Program-made: the position numbers and the translations under genes
NCBI GenBank assembly: GCA_951406725.2
Contig: OX597837.1
Location: 20,646,001-20,710,000, forward strand
Length of the DNA: 64,000 bases
Direction: 5' to 3'
Source of the DNA: Octopus vulgaris
Lineage: Eukaryota
Notes under the pieces: generated by a model
What the model saw: the letters and a program-made list of their open reading frames with translations, nothing else
The model's database searches: none
Told to the model about the DNA's origin: nothing
Shown: piece after piece, positions 13,839 to 27,034 of the stretch
Layout: the number at the start of each line of letters is the position of its first letter
Position numbering within the stretch: position 1 is the stretch's first letter

Positions 13839-13845
13839 ATATATA

Positions 13846-13891
<46 letters not shown>

Positions 13892-13894
<3 letters not shown>

Positions 13895-14318
13895 TCTTTT
13901 ACTCTTTTACTTGTTTCAGTCATGCTGGAGCACCGCCTTTAGTCAAGCAAATCGACCCCAGGACTTATTCTTTGTAAGCCTAGTACTTATTCTATCGATC
14001 TCTTTTGCTGAACCGCTAAGTTACGGGGACGTAAACACACCAGCATCGGTTGTCAAGCGATGTTGGCGGACAAACACAGACACACAAACACACGCTCACA
14101 CACACATACACACACACACACACACACACAGACAAATATATATACATATATACGACGGGTTTCTTTCAATTTCCGTCTACCAAATCTACTCACAAGGCTT
14201 TGAGCGGCCCGATGCTATAGTAGAAGACACTTGCCCAAGGTGCCACGAAGTTGGACTGAACCCGGAACCATGTGGTTGGTAAGCAAGTTACTTACCACAC
14301 AGCCACTCCTGCGCCTAT
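13892..14318 (-). mobile_element. SINE-A full copy
   Basis: Reverse complement of the family. Confidence 0.9.
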
Positions 14319-14323
14319 ATATA

Positions 14324-14367
<44 letters not shown>

Positions 14368-14429
14368 GATATTAGAAGTTTTTAGACTTTATCATTGATT
14401 AATTTCAAAGAAGCACAAAAACGTTAATC

Positions 14430-14840
14430 TACTTTTACCCCGGGATCCTCTAACTCCGATGCATTTGTTGCAGCGCTCCACCCACTTCGTGAACGCCCCA
14501 TGAAAATTCCCCAAAGTGCAGGTATCCAGGACCCTTGTCACAGGTTGGGAGATTGAGGAACAGCTTTGATGCCCATCTCTGTCAAATAGTCGTTACCTGG
14601 ACGGAACTGAAGACTTGTGCATTGTCCTGGTTCAGCTGGCCCTGCGACGAAACCACTTCCTGACCTTCCCCCAAACGTCCACAAAAGATCATTTAGTGAC
14701 TGTATGGTCACGGGGAATCCACTAAATGTAGATGATGCCCTAACAGTCGAAAATGGGGATTCGCATGAGCTTCCCAGTGGACTTGCATTGCTTGGGCTTA
14801 TGCGCCAGCACAGAGCAGATCCTTGGCACTGACTTCGAAC
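14430..14840 (-). pseudogene. Decayed mariner transposase fragment
   Basis: KSTGKLMRIPIFD, HQDNA, YLTEMGIKAVPQSP, WVERCNKCIG. Confidence 0.75.
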
Positions 14841-14868
14841 AGTGACAATGAATTTCTAAATGCTAAAT

Positions 14869-14985
14869 GCTGGAGATGTAAAAATTTCAAGAGGCATTTT
14901 CCAGGGTGACTCATTATCACCACTACTCTTTTGTCTAGCCTTAATACCTCTCTCAAAATTGCTCAATGATGCATAGTACAGTTAT
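14869..14985 (+). pseudogene. Non-LTR reverse transcriptase fragment (R4/Dong-like)
   Basis: VKISRGIFQGDSLSPLLFCLALIPLS. Confidence 0.8.
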
Positions 14986-15291
14986 ATAATCCCTTAGCAA
15001 TCTGTAACATTCTGGCCGATTTTAACACAAAACTTTATTGCAAAGCAAGGTTCCAAATAGTCTTCATATCCCAACTGCGTTACGGAAACATGTCAGCTGT
15101 GACAAGCAGTGTTTTGTAGGGTGTGTTCAAAGTTCTATAACAGCCGTCTCCTTGAATTTGGAATAACAAAAATTGGCGGATTAGCTTATTAGATGTATAG
15201 TAGCGATATACTAGAATTACAAGAATCTAGGACAGTTATAATTGCCTCACCTTAAAAAATGTTTTTTAAAAAATCTTTTGGAATGCACCTC

Positions 15292-15353
<62 letters not shown>

Positions 15354-15488
15354 ATGTATGTAGGTATGTATGGTAAAAAGCGAGAATAGAGAGGAGTGTT
15401 TGGTTTTGATAGAAAATCGGTATTTAAGTCACGTCTTTAACTTTCCGCCTACCCATACGCACACACACACACATGTATGTATGTGTGC

Positions 15489-15597
<109 letters not shown>

Positions 15598-15625
15598 TGT
15601 AAGTACGTACGTATGTATGCATCTA

Positions 15626-15665
<40 letters not shown>

Positions 15666-16260
15666 CACACACACACACACACACATACATATTACCTGAG
15701 TAATCCTCGTTACCGGTCAATTTTCGCAATAGAATACCTTGGCTGACTTTCGGAAAACACATCCACGTAAGTTAGATTTTCCCATTGTTTTTTCTCTTTT
15801 TTTTTTCACCACACCCTACCGAATACTGGGTAACGGGAAGCTTTTTCATGAAAAAATATTCGAAAATTTTTAATTCTCTTCACCGCACCTCACTTAATAC
15901 AGATTTTGGCCAACGTTCCCTTTTTTGCACCACGCACTCAAAACGATTGGAGAAGGCTTTTAAAGGTTAAAAAAACAAAATATTTTGGAAGTTGCAATCC
16001 CCATTTCCTTTATTTTTAACCAGAAAATGAAACGTAATTTAAAAACAATAGTGGAAGTTTTTAAAATGTTTTCATTAACTAAGCCCCCTACATAAATCCC
16101 AAAAGTTCGGCTTCTGTTCGAAAGTTTTCTTGTCATAGTTTTAAGATACGGACAGTCTGAATCTACAATTTGTTTCTGTGATTTAAGGGAGAAATACCTG
16201 TTGCTTCTAGCGCTTCCTACGACCACTTGGTACCTTCCTCGTTTCTTTGTCACTTTGATA

Positions 16261-16671
16261 TACTCTTACTCCTTTACTTGTTTCAGTCATTTGACTGCGG
16301 CCATGCTAGAGCACCGCCTTTATTCGAGCAAATCGACCCCGGGACTTATTCTTTGTAAGCCCAGTACTTATTCTATCGGTCTCTTTTGCCGAACCGCTAA
16401 GTGACGGGGACGTAAACACACCAGCATAGGTTGTCAAGCAATGCTAGAGGGACAAACACAGACACACAAACATATACACACACATACATATATATATACA
16501 TATATACGACAGGCTTTTTTCAGTTTCCGTCTACCAAATCCAATCACAAGGCTTTGGTCGGCCCGAGGCTATAGCAGAAGACACTTGCCCAAGACGCCAC
16601 GCAGTGGGACTGAACCCGGAACCATGTGGTTGGTTAGCAAGCTACTTACCACACAGCCACTCCTGCGCCTA
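16261..16671 (-). mobile_element. SINE-A full copy
   Basis: Reverse complement of the family. Confidence 0.9.
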
Positions 16672-17345
16672 TGTATCGTTTTTTTTTTTTAAATATTCCG
16701 TCCCCTCCACTCTCCATGAACACAATTTATGGAATGGTGGTGCGTTGGTCCGTAGCTGGCGTTTAAGCAACAACAAAAAAGTTTATTTAAATCTTTAACC
16801 CCACTCCACATCAAGAGAGCGTGTGTAAGAAAAACAAACCTATTTACTAACAGAAAACTATGCTATTAAAGTAAATTAATTTTTTTACACCATTTCTTAA
16901 ATATCCCATGCATACACACACACTGACAAACACACACTCAGCGTGAGCAATATGCTTTTACAGAGAGTGAAAAAGTTTACCATAAGATAGAGAGACAGGC
17001 AGAGAGATACACAGAGACAGAGATAGAAAGATAGACAAACAGAAAGAGAGAGAGCGAGAGAGAGGTGATGATGACTTCTGTCGCTGTCACAGATTTTGAA
17101 ATTTTAAAATGAAGTGAAAATGTTCAAATTTGAGTTTGTGAGTCATTTATTCTAGAGGTTTAAAATTTGATCATTTTTACCCAATCAGTTAAGAGGATTT
17201 GCAAGCTAAACCTTTTGTGAGTATCATAAGCTGCGTATCATAAAATGAGAGTAAATATTAGAAGCCAAGGTTTTAAACAAAAATGAAAGCCAAATGTGAG
17301 AGTAAATACATAGACTGAGAGAGTGAGCCTCAAAGTGTACGGTAA

Positions 17346-17378
<33 letters not shown>

Positions 17379-17605
17379 AAGAGATAGTTTGATGGTGATA
17401 AATAGAGTGTGGGAGATTTGTCGATCTAAATGTTAAGTTATTTCTCGGAGCAAATGATCTGTTTTTAATTATCATTTACGAACGACATTGTCGATGGGAT
17501 GCAAATTTCGAAAATCAGATTTGTTTTTTTCTCGAGGATGCACCGTTTCCCAGCTTTTTTTTTGGGGGGGGGGACTAAACAGTCATACATAACCACACAT
17601 GCATT

Positions 17606-17663
<58 letters not shown>

Positions 17664-17686
17664 CATACATATATATATATATATCT

Positions 17687-17890
17687 CTTGAGCACCACCA
17701 GCAAAAAAAAAAAATTGTTTTTCTTCTGTCTTCCCTTCTCGGGATCTTTCCTTCTCCTTTGTTTCCGACGAAGAGCTCCGCTCGAAACGTTAAACCCTCC
17801 TTCCCTTCTTTCCTGAGCGTCAAATAATACTTTAATTGTTCCACGTCCTCGCGTTGCTGTGTTTTTTTCTGCGTTTTCTTGTTTGGATTA

Positions 17891-17895
<5 letters not shown>
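17687..17895 (+). mobile_element. (TA)n-embedded element with minimal hammerhead motif (17761-17795)
   Basis: gttt-ccgacga-a-gagc-tcc-gctc-gaaa-cgtt-aaac. Confidence 0.7.
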
Positions 17896-17943
<48 letters not shown>

Positions 17944-18018
17944 TACACACATACATATAAATATATATACACACACACATATATATATATATATACATAC
18001 ATATATATATAATTACAT

Positions 18019-18106
<88 letters not shown>

Positions 18107-18147
18107 TTAATAGTAGGAGGTGGATTTCGTAACAAACTTTTATTAAG

Positions 18148-18192
18148 GTACAACATATGTTTCGACTCCTCGGTCTGGGTCTCTTCAGGTAC
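18148..18192 (-). ncRNA. Type I hammerhead ribozyme (left arm of palindrome)
   Basis: Reverse complement of 18328-18372 with two changes in stem II. Confidence 0.75.
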
Positions 18193-18327
18193 ATTGATAA
18201 AGAAGTCTCTCTAGAGATTTTTTGTGTCGACTGGCTTGTTATATGCCCATCGATACTTATGGGCATATACTTATGTATTTGCCCATAAAGCAACCCCAAA
18301 ATTCTCTAGTGACACTTCTTTATCAAT

Positions 18328-18372
18328 GTACCTGAAGAGACCCAGACCGATGGGTCGAAACATATGTTGTAC
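18328..18372 (+). ncRNA. Type I hammerhead ribozyme
   Basis: gtac-CTGAAGA-gaccca-gaccga-tgggtc-GAAA-catatg-TT-gtac. Confidence 0.85.
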
Positions 18373-18570
18373 CTAATAAAAGTCTTATTCGAAATCCATC
18401 CCCTACTATCAATTAATACTATTATCCTAACTGCCACTGCGAAGTTCCTGAAGTAAATCCAACAGAAGTGTACCAAAACTGCCGATGACAACAGGTAGCC
18501 TAAACTGTGCCGGTGCTTAACTCAACATGGAAACACGATAATCTAATTATACGTATTTGTCTAAATTTTC

Positions 18571-18625
<55 letters not shown>

Positions 18626-19110
18626 GAGTGAGCGAGCAGAGCATGCCATCAAAGTGACACTGGGGTAAAATATACGAAGCCCAGTATACCCATCATGACT
18701 ACCCGTCTGATAAAGGTACACCAGGCACATGCATCACAACCATATGTGCGCGACATGGTGATCTCATATCAAGATAAACAGCACATGACCTTGCAGGTGG
18801 AGCCCAGTTAGAATTTTCTTCAGGTGAGTAACCCATCCCGCTCAAACGGTCCCTGAATAAGGGTTGTTTAAGGACGTTAACGAAACACCCATGTTTCCAG
18901 AGGTGAATTATTCAAACCCCAAAGAATCCCTCTCAACACATGGCTTCGATGCTCCCCCACTACTTCTGCTCGTGATCAGAGATGCACATATCGTCAGTCA
19001 CTAAGGAACATGCTCACCTGGTTAAGGTCAAACAACTGACAAGCAAATCTGTGCTATTGAGCAGAATATTTGCTGTAGCCCATCTTTTATACCAAGACAA
19101 AACAATGTAC
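18626..19110 (-). mobile_element. Non-coding repeat embedded in (ATT)n, shorter copy
   Basis: Homologous to 46668-47214; (ATT)n on both sides; strand inferred from the shared end. Confidence 0.8.
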
Positions 19111-19178
<68 letters not shown>

Positions 19179-19222
19179 TTACACACACACATACACACAC
19201 ACACATACACACACACACTCAC

Positions 19223-19269
<47 letters not shown>

Positions 19270-19524
19270 AAGAATTTGGAGACTAACCGCTATTTACGCT
19301 ATTTAGTTATTCCATCAATAGGGAAAAGATATTATCTATGATAACCACATAGAAATTAACTAAATATCTTATAATTATTATTCTAAAAATCTCATAACAA
19401 ATCAGACCTTAAATTGACTACGCGCGTTTATGTGTGTGTATGTTGTGAATTTTGATTTAGTGTGCTAAATTGAAAGTGTTTTCTCTGTTAGCGTGGAATT
19501 ATTACACTCCCTAACTATTAATAA

Positions 19525-19922
19525 CTAGCAGTATCACCCGGCGTTGCTCGGGTTTGTAAGGGAAATAACTATATAAGCATTTTTAGAGAGTTATAGCCAA
19601 AAAATAGCAAAAAAGGGCATTTAAAATGGAAAAAAATGATGGTAATTTTTTTTTAAATCGTTGACTCATCGTAGACATTTTTAGAGAGTTACTTCCCTAA
19701 TATAATAGTGAAAAAAAATGCATTGAAATGGAAAAAAATGATGGTAAATTTTTTTTTAAATTGTAGCCTCATCGTAGACGCGCGCTAATACCCAGAAGGG
19801 CTCGATATGAATCACGACTATAAGATACCCGGTTTTGGTTAAACTGCACCACAAAATGTGGGAGTAGTTAGGAATCTAAATCGTAGGAGACAGACACACA
19901 ACGTTACTTTTATATATAAAGA
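19525..19922 (-). mobile_element. Non-autonomous Helitron (about 400 bp)
   Basis: Minus strand 5'-TC ... cccgagcaacgccggg hairpin ... CTAG-3', between A and T; internal tandem duplication of about 100 bp. Confidence 0.88.
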
Positions 19923-19974
19923 TATATATACACACACACATATATACATATAGGTAGGTGCTATATATATTTTT

Positions 19975-20164
19975 AACTTTTTTCTTCCTTTCTCCCCCAT
20001 TGTTTCTCTTTTTTTTTACCACTGAACTCAACACATTTCTTTCATTGCACTTATTTCTTTCTGGCGAAGAGCGTAGGCTTGAAACGTAAAAGACTTTTGC
20101 ATTTTCCCGAGCGTCAAACTAATACATTTGTTGTTCCTACACCAGTCTTCGTCTTTCGTTTTTC

Positions 20165-20170
<6 letters not shown>
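19975..20170 (+). mobile_element. (TA)n-associated element with minimal hammerhead-like motif (20057-20092)
   Basis: cttt-ctggcga-a-gagc-gtag-gctt-gaaa-cgta-aaag. Confidence 0.65.
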
Positions 20171-20224
<54 letters not shown>

Positions 20225-20231
20225 CATACAT

Positions 20232-20293
<62 letters not shown>

Positions 20294-20541
20294 GGTATAA
20301 TTATAAACACGGCAAATTTTAGCCATTTCTCCGCAGATTGAAAAATAGATGAACAGCCTCAATCGATTTTCGAACCTTATTGTGTTCTCATCAAAGGCGT
20401 CGACATCATTCTGACAGTCTCCAGAGAAACAGGCAGCCAAACTTACTCAATAAATTCACAGTTACTGTATGAAGGAGTCCCTAATTTACATACTGAAAGT
20501 GTTTAACACTCTATAAATAGCTGTCACCTGTCGTGTGTGTG

Positions 20542-20579
<38 letters not shown>

Positions 20580-20761
20580 TAAGTAATTAAGGATTTAGCA
20601 ATGATTTGCCTCACCACACACCGAATTTAGAAATAGCAGTCAAAGAGTTTTAGCTATTCCTTCTACTTAAAAGGGAGATCCCAGTAAAACCACAGCACTT
20701 AAAAAGCAAACAACGCAGGCAAAAGAGAAAGAAATGACGACAATCATTCTATATTAAGTCA

Positions 20762-20852
20762 CCTACGGACGTACGTTTCGGAATTAAGTTATATCAGAGC
20801 ATAAAAATTAAGTAATTATGTCTTACCTAACTATTTTCCTCCTCAGCGTAGG
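20762..20852 (-). ncRNA. Type I hammerhead ribozyme with long stem II
   Basis: Minus: cctacg-CTGAGGA-ggaa...ttcc-GAAA-cgtacg-TC-cgtagg. Confidence 0.9.
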
Positions 20853-20896
20853 ACTCTTGAATTATAAATAATTGCGTCTCAACATATATATATATA

Positions 20897-21310
20897 AAGG
20901 TGCAAGAGTGGCTGTGTGGTGCGAAATTTGCTTCCCAACCACATGGTTCCGTGTTCACTCCCACTGCATGGCACTTTGGGCAAATGTTATCTACTATAAC
21001 TTCGGGCTGACCAAACCTTGTGAGTGGATTTGGTAGACGGAAACTGAAAAAAGCGTAAACGTCGAATGATAGAAATGAGTGCTGTGTGTGTGTCTTTGTG
21101 TCTGTGTTTGTCCCCCCACCCAACATCTTTTGATAAACGGTGTTAGTGTGTTTACGTGCCGGTAACTTAACGGTTCGGCAAAGAAAGCGATGGAATAAGT
21201 ACTAGGCCTACAAATAAGCCCTGAGGTCGAAATGTTCGACGAAAACACTTCAAGGCGATGCTCCAGCATGGCCGCAGTCAAATGACTGAGACATGTAAAA
21301 AAAGAAAAGA
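20897..21310 (+). mobile_element. SINE-A
   Basis: Family match. Confidence 0.88.
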
Positions 21311-21730
21311 ATATATATGTACACACACACATAAACGCATATGCCACTGGTCATATGAAGTTTTTCCTCTGAACATACATACATACAATACATGCAAGTG
21401 GAATAGTCGATGATGGCCAGGATAAAAAATAATCATAATTGACACAGAATTGTTCTTGACGAACGTATATCCGCTTTAATAAAATAGTGTTTGATTTCTA
21501 TTTAAAAGTTAATTTTTACGGCGTAAGAAATGAAATTGTTCTCCATTCTGTTTGCAGCTGTCCTCTTTGTAATGAGTGCGTCGTCAGGTACTTTCTTTAT
21601 AGGCATTGTAGTTTGCATAATTTAATTGTGTTCGTGACAAATATCAAATTCATGCGTATTAAACAAAAATACAGTGTAGAGTGGAAATCGAAACGATTTT
21701 ATTTCATTTGAAAGACGGGTGCCATTGCGT

Positions 21731-21786
<56 letters not shown>

Positions 21787-21789
21787 ACG

Positions 21790-21875
<86 letters not shown>

Positions 21876-21930
21876 CAGGGGGACGGAAAAGCAACTCCCT
21901 ATTTTGAAATACTTATAAATTATTTAGTAA

Positions 21931-22310
21931 TATAGGTGCAGGAGTGGCTGTGTGGTAAGTAGTTTGCTCATCAACCACATGGTTCCGGGTTCAGTCCCAC
22001 TGCGTGGCACTTTGGGCAAGTGTCTTCTACTATAGCCTCGGGCTGACCGGAGCCTTGCGAATGGATTTGGTAGACGGAAACTGAAAGAAGCTCGTCGTAT
22101 ATATGTATGTGTGTGTGTGTTTGTGTAACATCGCTTAACAACCAATGCTGGTGTGTTTACGTCCCCGTCACTTAGCGGTTCGGCAAAAGAGACCGATAGA
22201 ATAAGTACGAGGCTCACAAAGAATAAGTCATGGGGTCGATTTGCTCGCCTAAAGGCTGTGCTCCGGCATGGCCGCAGTCAAATGACTGAAACAAGTAAAA
22301 GAGTAAAGGG
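21931..22310 (+). mobile_element. SINE-A
   Basis: Family match. Confidence 0.9.
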
Positions 22311-22379
22311 AGTAACTGTAATTCTTTTCTCAAATATTTTGTGTTTTTTTGAAGTTTGTGAATGTAATCTGTAATCGTA

Positions 22380-22797
22380 TTGCTTTCGTCGTTCGTTAAT
22401 GGCTGAATGCCCGCTTTCCCAGGAGATGAATGGATCGTCGTGGTCCGCATGAGTGGCCTGCCAGGTGTCCCGACTTAACACCCTGTGATTTCTTTCGTCG
22501 GGGTTGGTTAAATGAACACGTCTATTGTATTAAACCAAAGGCTTTCGAAGAACTTGAAGGGCAAATACTAGAAATTGACTTCTTCCCTCTCACAAGAGTT
22601 TCTGGTGAAATCAGTTGACGCAATTCCTGGGCGACTCCAAAAGCTAGTGGCGACATCAGGAGCCCATGTCAAATTTTAAATAAAACCTCATTCTGAAAGC
22701 TTTCTTCTCATATTCATTTTTTTTTGTAAAAATTACAATTGATAAATAATTTATAAGTACTTTAAAATAGGGCGTTACTTTTCAATCACCATGTGTA
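22380..22797 (+). pseudogene. Tc1/mariner-superfamily transposase 3' remnant
   Basis: RRGPHEWPARCPDLTPCDFF..GWLNEHVY...P....EL; TIR-like end tcaatcaccatgtg-ta. Confidence 0.8.
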
Positions 22798-22822
22798 TAT
22801 ATAATAGTATATGTATCTATGG

Positions 22823-22864
<42 letters not shown>

Positions 22865-22865
22865 G

Positions 22866-23090
22866 TGTCTTTGTGTCTGTGTTTGTCTCCCACCACTGTT
22901 TGACAACTGGTGTTGATGTGGTTACGTTCCCGTAACTTAGTAGTTTGGCAAAAAAAATAATAACCGACAGAATAAGTACCAGGCTCAAAAAAGGAAGTGC
23001 CGACATCGATGATTTGTTCGACTAAAATTCTTCAAAGCGGTGCCCCAGCATGGCCGCAATCTAACGACTGAAGTAAGTAAAAGATAAAAA
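22866..23090 (+). mobile_element. SINE-A 3' half
   Basis: Family match, diverged. Confidence 0.8.
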
Positions 23091-23217
23091 GTATAATAAT
23101 TAACCAACAGAATCTATGTTTGGTGTTTGCAGTTTTGGTAGTTCAGTCTTTGTACTGCAAAATAAGATTGTTTTTGCAAACTTCGTACCACACAATCACG
23201 ACGGGCTTGCACACAAT

Positions 23218-23397
23218 CACGACGGGCTTGCACACAATTTCCGTCTCTGAAATTCACTCACAAAGCATCAAAGCATTAGTCGGTTCAGGCCTCTGGGAGA
23301 AGACACAAGTGCAAACTGTCACAAATGAACTCGTAATCATGAAACAACGTGGTTGCAAAGCGAAATTCTTAACCACAAAGCCATGCACAGGCCTATA
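23218..23397 (-). mobile_element. SINE-A 5' half, degenerate
   Basis: tttccgtct...gaagacac...cttaaccacaaagccatgc. Confidence 0.6.
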
Positions 23398-23721
23398 GTA
23401 TGTATGTATGTATGTATGTATGTATGTATGTATGTATGTATTTATGTATGTATGTATGTATGAGTATTTTCCTCTGTGTGTGCGTGTGTTGTGTGTGTTT
23501 TGAAGTAGTTTTATTTTTAAAGCAGCTCTATGAATAACTGAATATTTACAGGCGGCATGACTCTCTGTTGACAGAAGAGTCAAATCTATTATGAAGATCA
23601 AGTTGACTGGGACTACCAGTTGCCCATATCGGCTGGTTCAACCGGTTGGACAAGCTTGCAGGCCATGGGAACAAAGTGCAAGGCGAAACTGCTACTTTCA
23701 ATCAGCATATTGTTTATAACG

Positions 23722-23774
<53 letters not shown>

Positions 23775-23939
23775 GCACGCGCGCACGCACACACACACAC
23801 ACACATACACACACACACACACAAAAGTGTTGACCGAAAGTAATGCGAAAGAGGACATAACCAGTTCAAATTGCTCATATTGGTAGAGTAGCCGTCTCCT
23901 AAAGTAATTTTTCGTCCTGTTCTTCACTACAAAGAATTA

Positions 23940-24720
23940 ATGAGTTCCAAGCAGGAGAAACGAGCCGTCATTGAGTCCTTTCCGAAAGAGAAGTGCGGGC
24001 TGTCCGTCACCAACAGAAAGCTACAGTTTCTGTACGGAGATGATGCTATTGACAAGAACTGTGTACCCAGGGGGACGAAGAAGATCGAAGCAGTGGAACT
24101 GGCATTGGAGACATGCCACGCAGTGAAATACCAATTTCTTTATTACCCACAAGGAGCTAAAAACATAGAGGACAAAAAAGGACAAACAAACGGATTAAGT
24201 CGATTATATCGACTCCAGTGCGCAACTGGTACTTAATCTATCGACCCCGAAAGTATGAAAGGCAAAGTCAACCTCGGCGGAATTTGAACTCAGAACGTAG
24301 CGGCAGACGAAATACCTATTTCTTTACTACCCACAAAGGGCTAAACACAGAGACGACACACAAACGGATTAAGTCGATGATACCGACTCTAGTGCGCAAC
24401 AGGTACTTAATTTATCGACCTCGAAAGGATGAAAGGCAAAGTCGACCTCAGCGGAATTTGAACTCAGAACGTAACGGCATACGAAATACGGCTACGCATT
24501 TCGCCCGGCGTGCTAACGGTTCTGCCAGCTCGCCGCCACACAGTGAAATACCATCAACTGTGACCACTTAAACCGATCGCCAGCAAGTGGAGAAAATGGT
24601 GTGGACAGAAAAGTCACAGTTCGCGACTGGGATGCTCATCTGGACTGTGGTTACATAGGATCAAAGAAAATGGTGGGAGACTTTGCGGATCGGAAAGTGT
24701 ATGGTCAGTGAGTATTTTGG
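23940..24720 (+). pseudogene. Mariner transposase N-terminal remnant interrupted by SINE-B
   Basis: RAVIE..KE...L..LYGDDAID; removing the SINE restores DMPRSEIPSTVTT; RKVYGQ*V resembles RKV.ARWVP. Confidence 0.7.
24134..24537 (-). mobile_element. SINE-B with duplicated body and 16-bp TSD
   Basis: TSD ac(g/a)cagtgaaatacca at 24118-24133 and 24538-24553; Nin-domain-like gtcgactttgcctttcatcctttcg. Confidence 0.9.
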
Positions 24721-24815
24721 TAGTTAACATTCCATTCAACTCTTTATCCGACCCAAATATTCTACTTGTTTTACGTTCAAAGTAGTCAGATGCAGCCTCT
24801 CGCTCCTACCCTACA

Positions 24816-25077
24816 ATAGGCGCATGAGTGGCTGTATGGATAGGCGCGGGAATGGCTGTGTGGCATAGGCGCAGGAGTGACTGTGTGGTGAGAAGCTTGC
24901 TTCCCAGCAACATGGTGCCGGGTTCAATCCCACTGCGTGGCACCTCATCTGGACTGTGGTCACATTGCATCAAAGAAAATGATGGGAGACTTTGCGGATC
25001 GGAAAGTATATGTCTCGGACCGACCAAAGCTTTGTGAGTGGATTTGGTAAACGGAAACCGAAAGGAACCTGTCGTGT

Positions 25078-25116
<39 letters not shown>

Positions 25117-25375
25117 CATTTATGTATGTATGTATGTATGTATGTATGTATGTATGTATGTATGTATGTATGCATACATGCATGTGCGTCTGTATTTGTC
25201 CAGCATTGCTTGACAACCGATATTGACGTGTTTACGTCCCCGTAACTTAGCGGTTCGGCAAAAGAGATCGATAGAATAAGTACTAGCCTTACAAAGAATA
25301 AGTTCTGGGGTCGATTTGTTCGACTAAAAATAGTGCTCCAGCATGGCCGCAGTCAAGTGACTGAAACAAGTAAAC
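24816..25375 (+). mobile_element. SINE-A with reiterated head and internal 69-bp foreign insert
   Basis: Family match; insert at 24944-25012. Confidence 0.88.
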
Positions 25376-25457
25376 AAAAAAAAAAGACAGAAATCACATC
25401 ATCGAAATCTCGAAGCTACGAGATCATGCGTGATTAATTCAAAATAATGTTATTAAA

Positions 25458-25597
25458 GGCGCAGGCGTGGCTGCGTGGTGAGAAGCTTGCTTCCCAACCA
25501 CATGGTTGAGGGTTCAGTCCCACGGTGAGACACGTTGGGCAAATGCCTTCTATTATAGCTTCGGGCCGACTAAAGACGGAAACTGAAAGAAGCCCGT

Positions 25598-25628
<31 letters not shown>

Positions 25629-25835
25629 CTTTGCGTTTATGTTTGTCCCCCATCACCGCTTGATAACCGGTGTTGGTTTGTTCACGCCCCCGTAACTTAG
25701 CTGTTCGGCAAAAGACTCCGGTAGAATAAGTATCAGGCTTTAAAAAATCAGCGCTTGGTTCGATTTGTTCGACTCAACCCTTCAAGGCGGTTCTCCAGCA
25801 TGACCGCAGTCAACTGACTGAAACAATTAAGGAAT
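25458..25835 (+). mobile_element. SINE-A
   Basis: Family match. Confidence 0.88.
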
Positions 25836-26464
25836 AAAAGACTTTTTGAAAATGTAGATTTGATAATGTCATATCTGAATGCTAATGAATCAAATCCCAA
25901 AAAGGTGGAAGTCTGCTCTGACCTGCTGGAAACGTTTGAAGCCAATGAAGATATGTTTTTATCGAATCTGATAACAGTTGAAGCGAAAACTCAAACAATG
26001 ACTTTTGTGACAGCTCTTCTCTAATGCCTAAAAATAAATTAAGGATCAGCCATGAATACAGATAGTCATGGTGATTGTAATGGAGCATCATTCTCGTTTT
26101 TGTTTTCTGAAACATATGCTATGCTGTTGGGGTGTGCGGGTATCTTGAAAATACTTCACGGAGTGGCGACTGTGCCCAGCATAGCTACAGGTTGCCCGTT
26201 GACAAGACATATCACCCGTTCAGCCAGCCTGCCAGCGATACGGCAAAGTCATATGGCTACAGCATGATGGATTGTGAAGAGGTAAAGGAGGAGCTCAACT
26301 GAGCCAACGGTGCTTCTTACATTGATGCTGAGCAAAGAAATACTAGAAGATCAACAGTCAAGATCACCAAGCTCTGTCAAGGAAGTAACTGCAACACATC
26401 CATAGGGGTGGCATCTACGGTTGCTTATTCGGTTAATAAAAAAATTACTATGACTTAAGCTCCC

Positions 26465-26742
26465 AATGGAGTAGTTCTTAAGCAGATCAGGCCGAAAATG
26501 TCGCTAGAAGCGAGGATCACCAAGATCCATATTTCGGTCATATTATGCGGAGAAAATCCCTGGAAAAGAACATCATGCTCGGAATAGTCAGTGGCAAGAG
26601 AGGAAGAAGCCGACCAAGAACCATCAAGAGGGATACCGGAATGGACATAGCCAATCTGAAAGAAGCGGCCCAGGATAGAGCTGATTGGAGGACACTGATC
26701 CAATGAGTGACCGAGAGTCGACTTCGACTGAGCGGATAGATA
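26465..26742 (+). pseudogene. RTE (BovB-like) LINE 3' end
   Basis: VLKQIRPKMSLEARI, YFGHIMRRKSLEKNIMLGIVSGKRGRSRP, AQDRADWR. Confidence 0.88.
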
Positions 26743-27034
26743 ATTAGAAGCTCCCAATTCAAATTCATAACAACGGAATTGGATGGCGGCAGAGTGTTAT
26801 GGAAATCCGTGAAAACATCGAAGGGAAAAACTGTACTGTGAACAGCGAGAAGAGAATTCAGACGCAAAACCTTTAGAGTAACGTTTCCCAACTTAATTTC
26901 CCCCAGGCCCCACTATAATTTTCCAGAAAAAATATATGCCCCACCAGTGGTTGGAAAAAACCCCAACTTTATTTTCAATATTTTATTACAATTATTTAAT
27001 ACAAAAGAATCTACCGGTAACTCTTTTATTCGGT

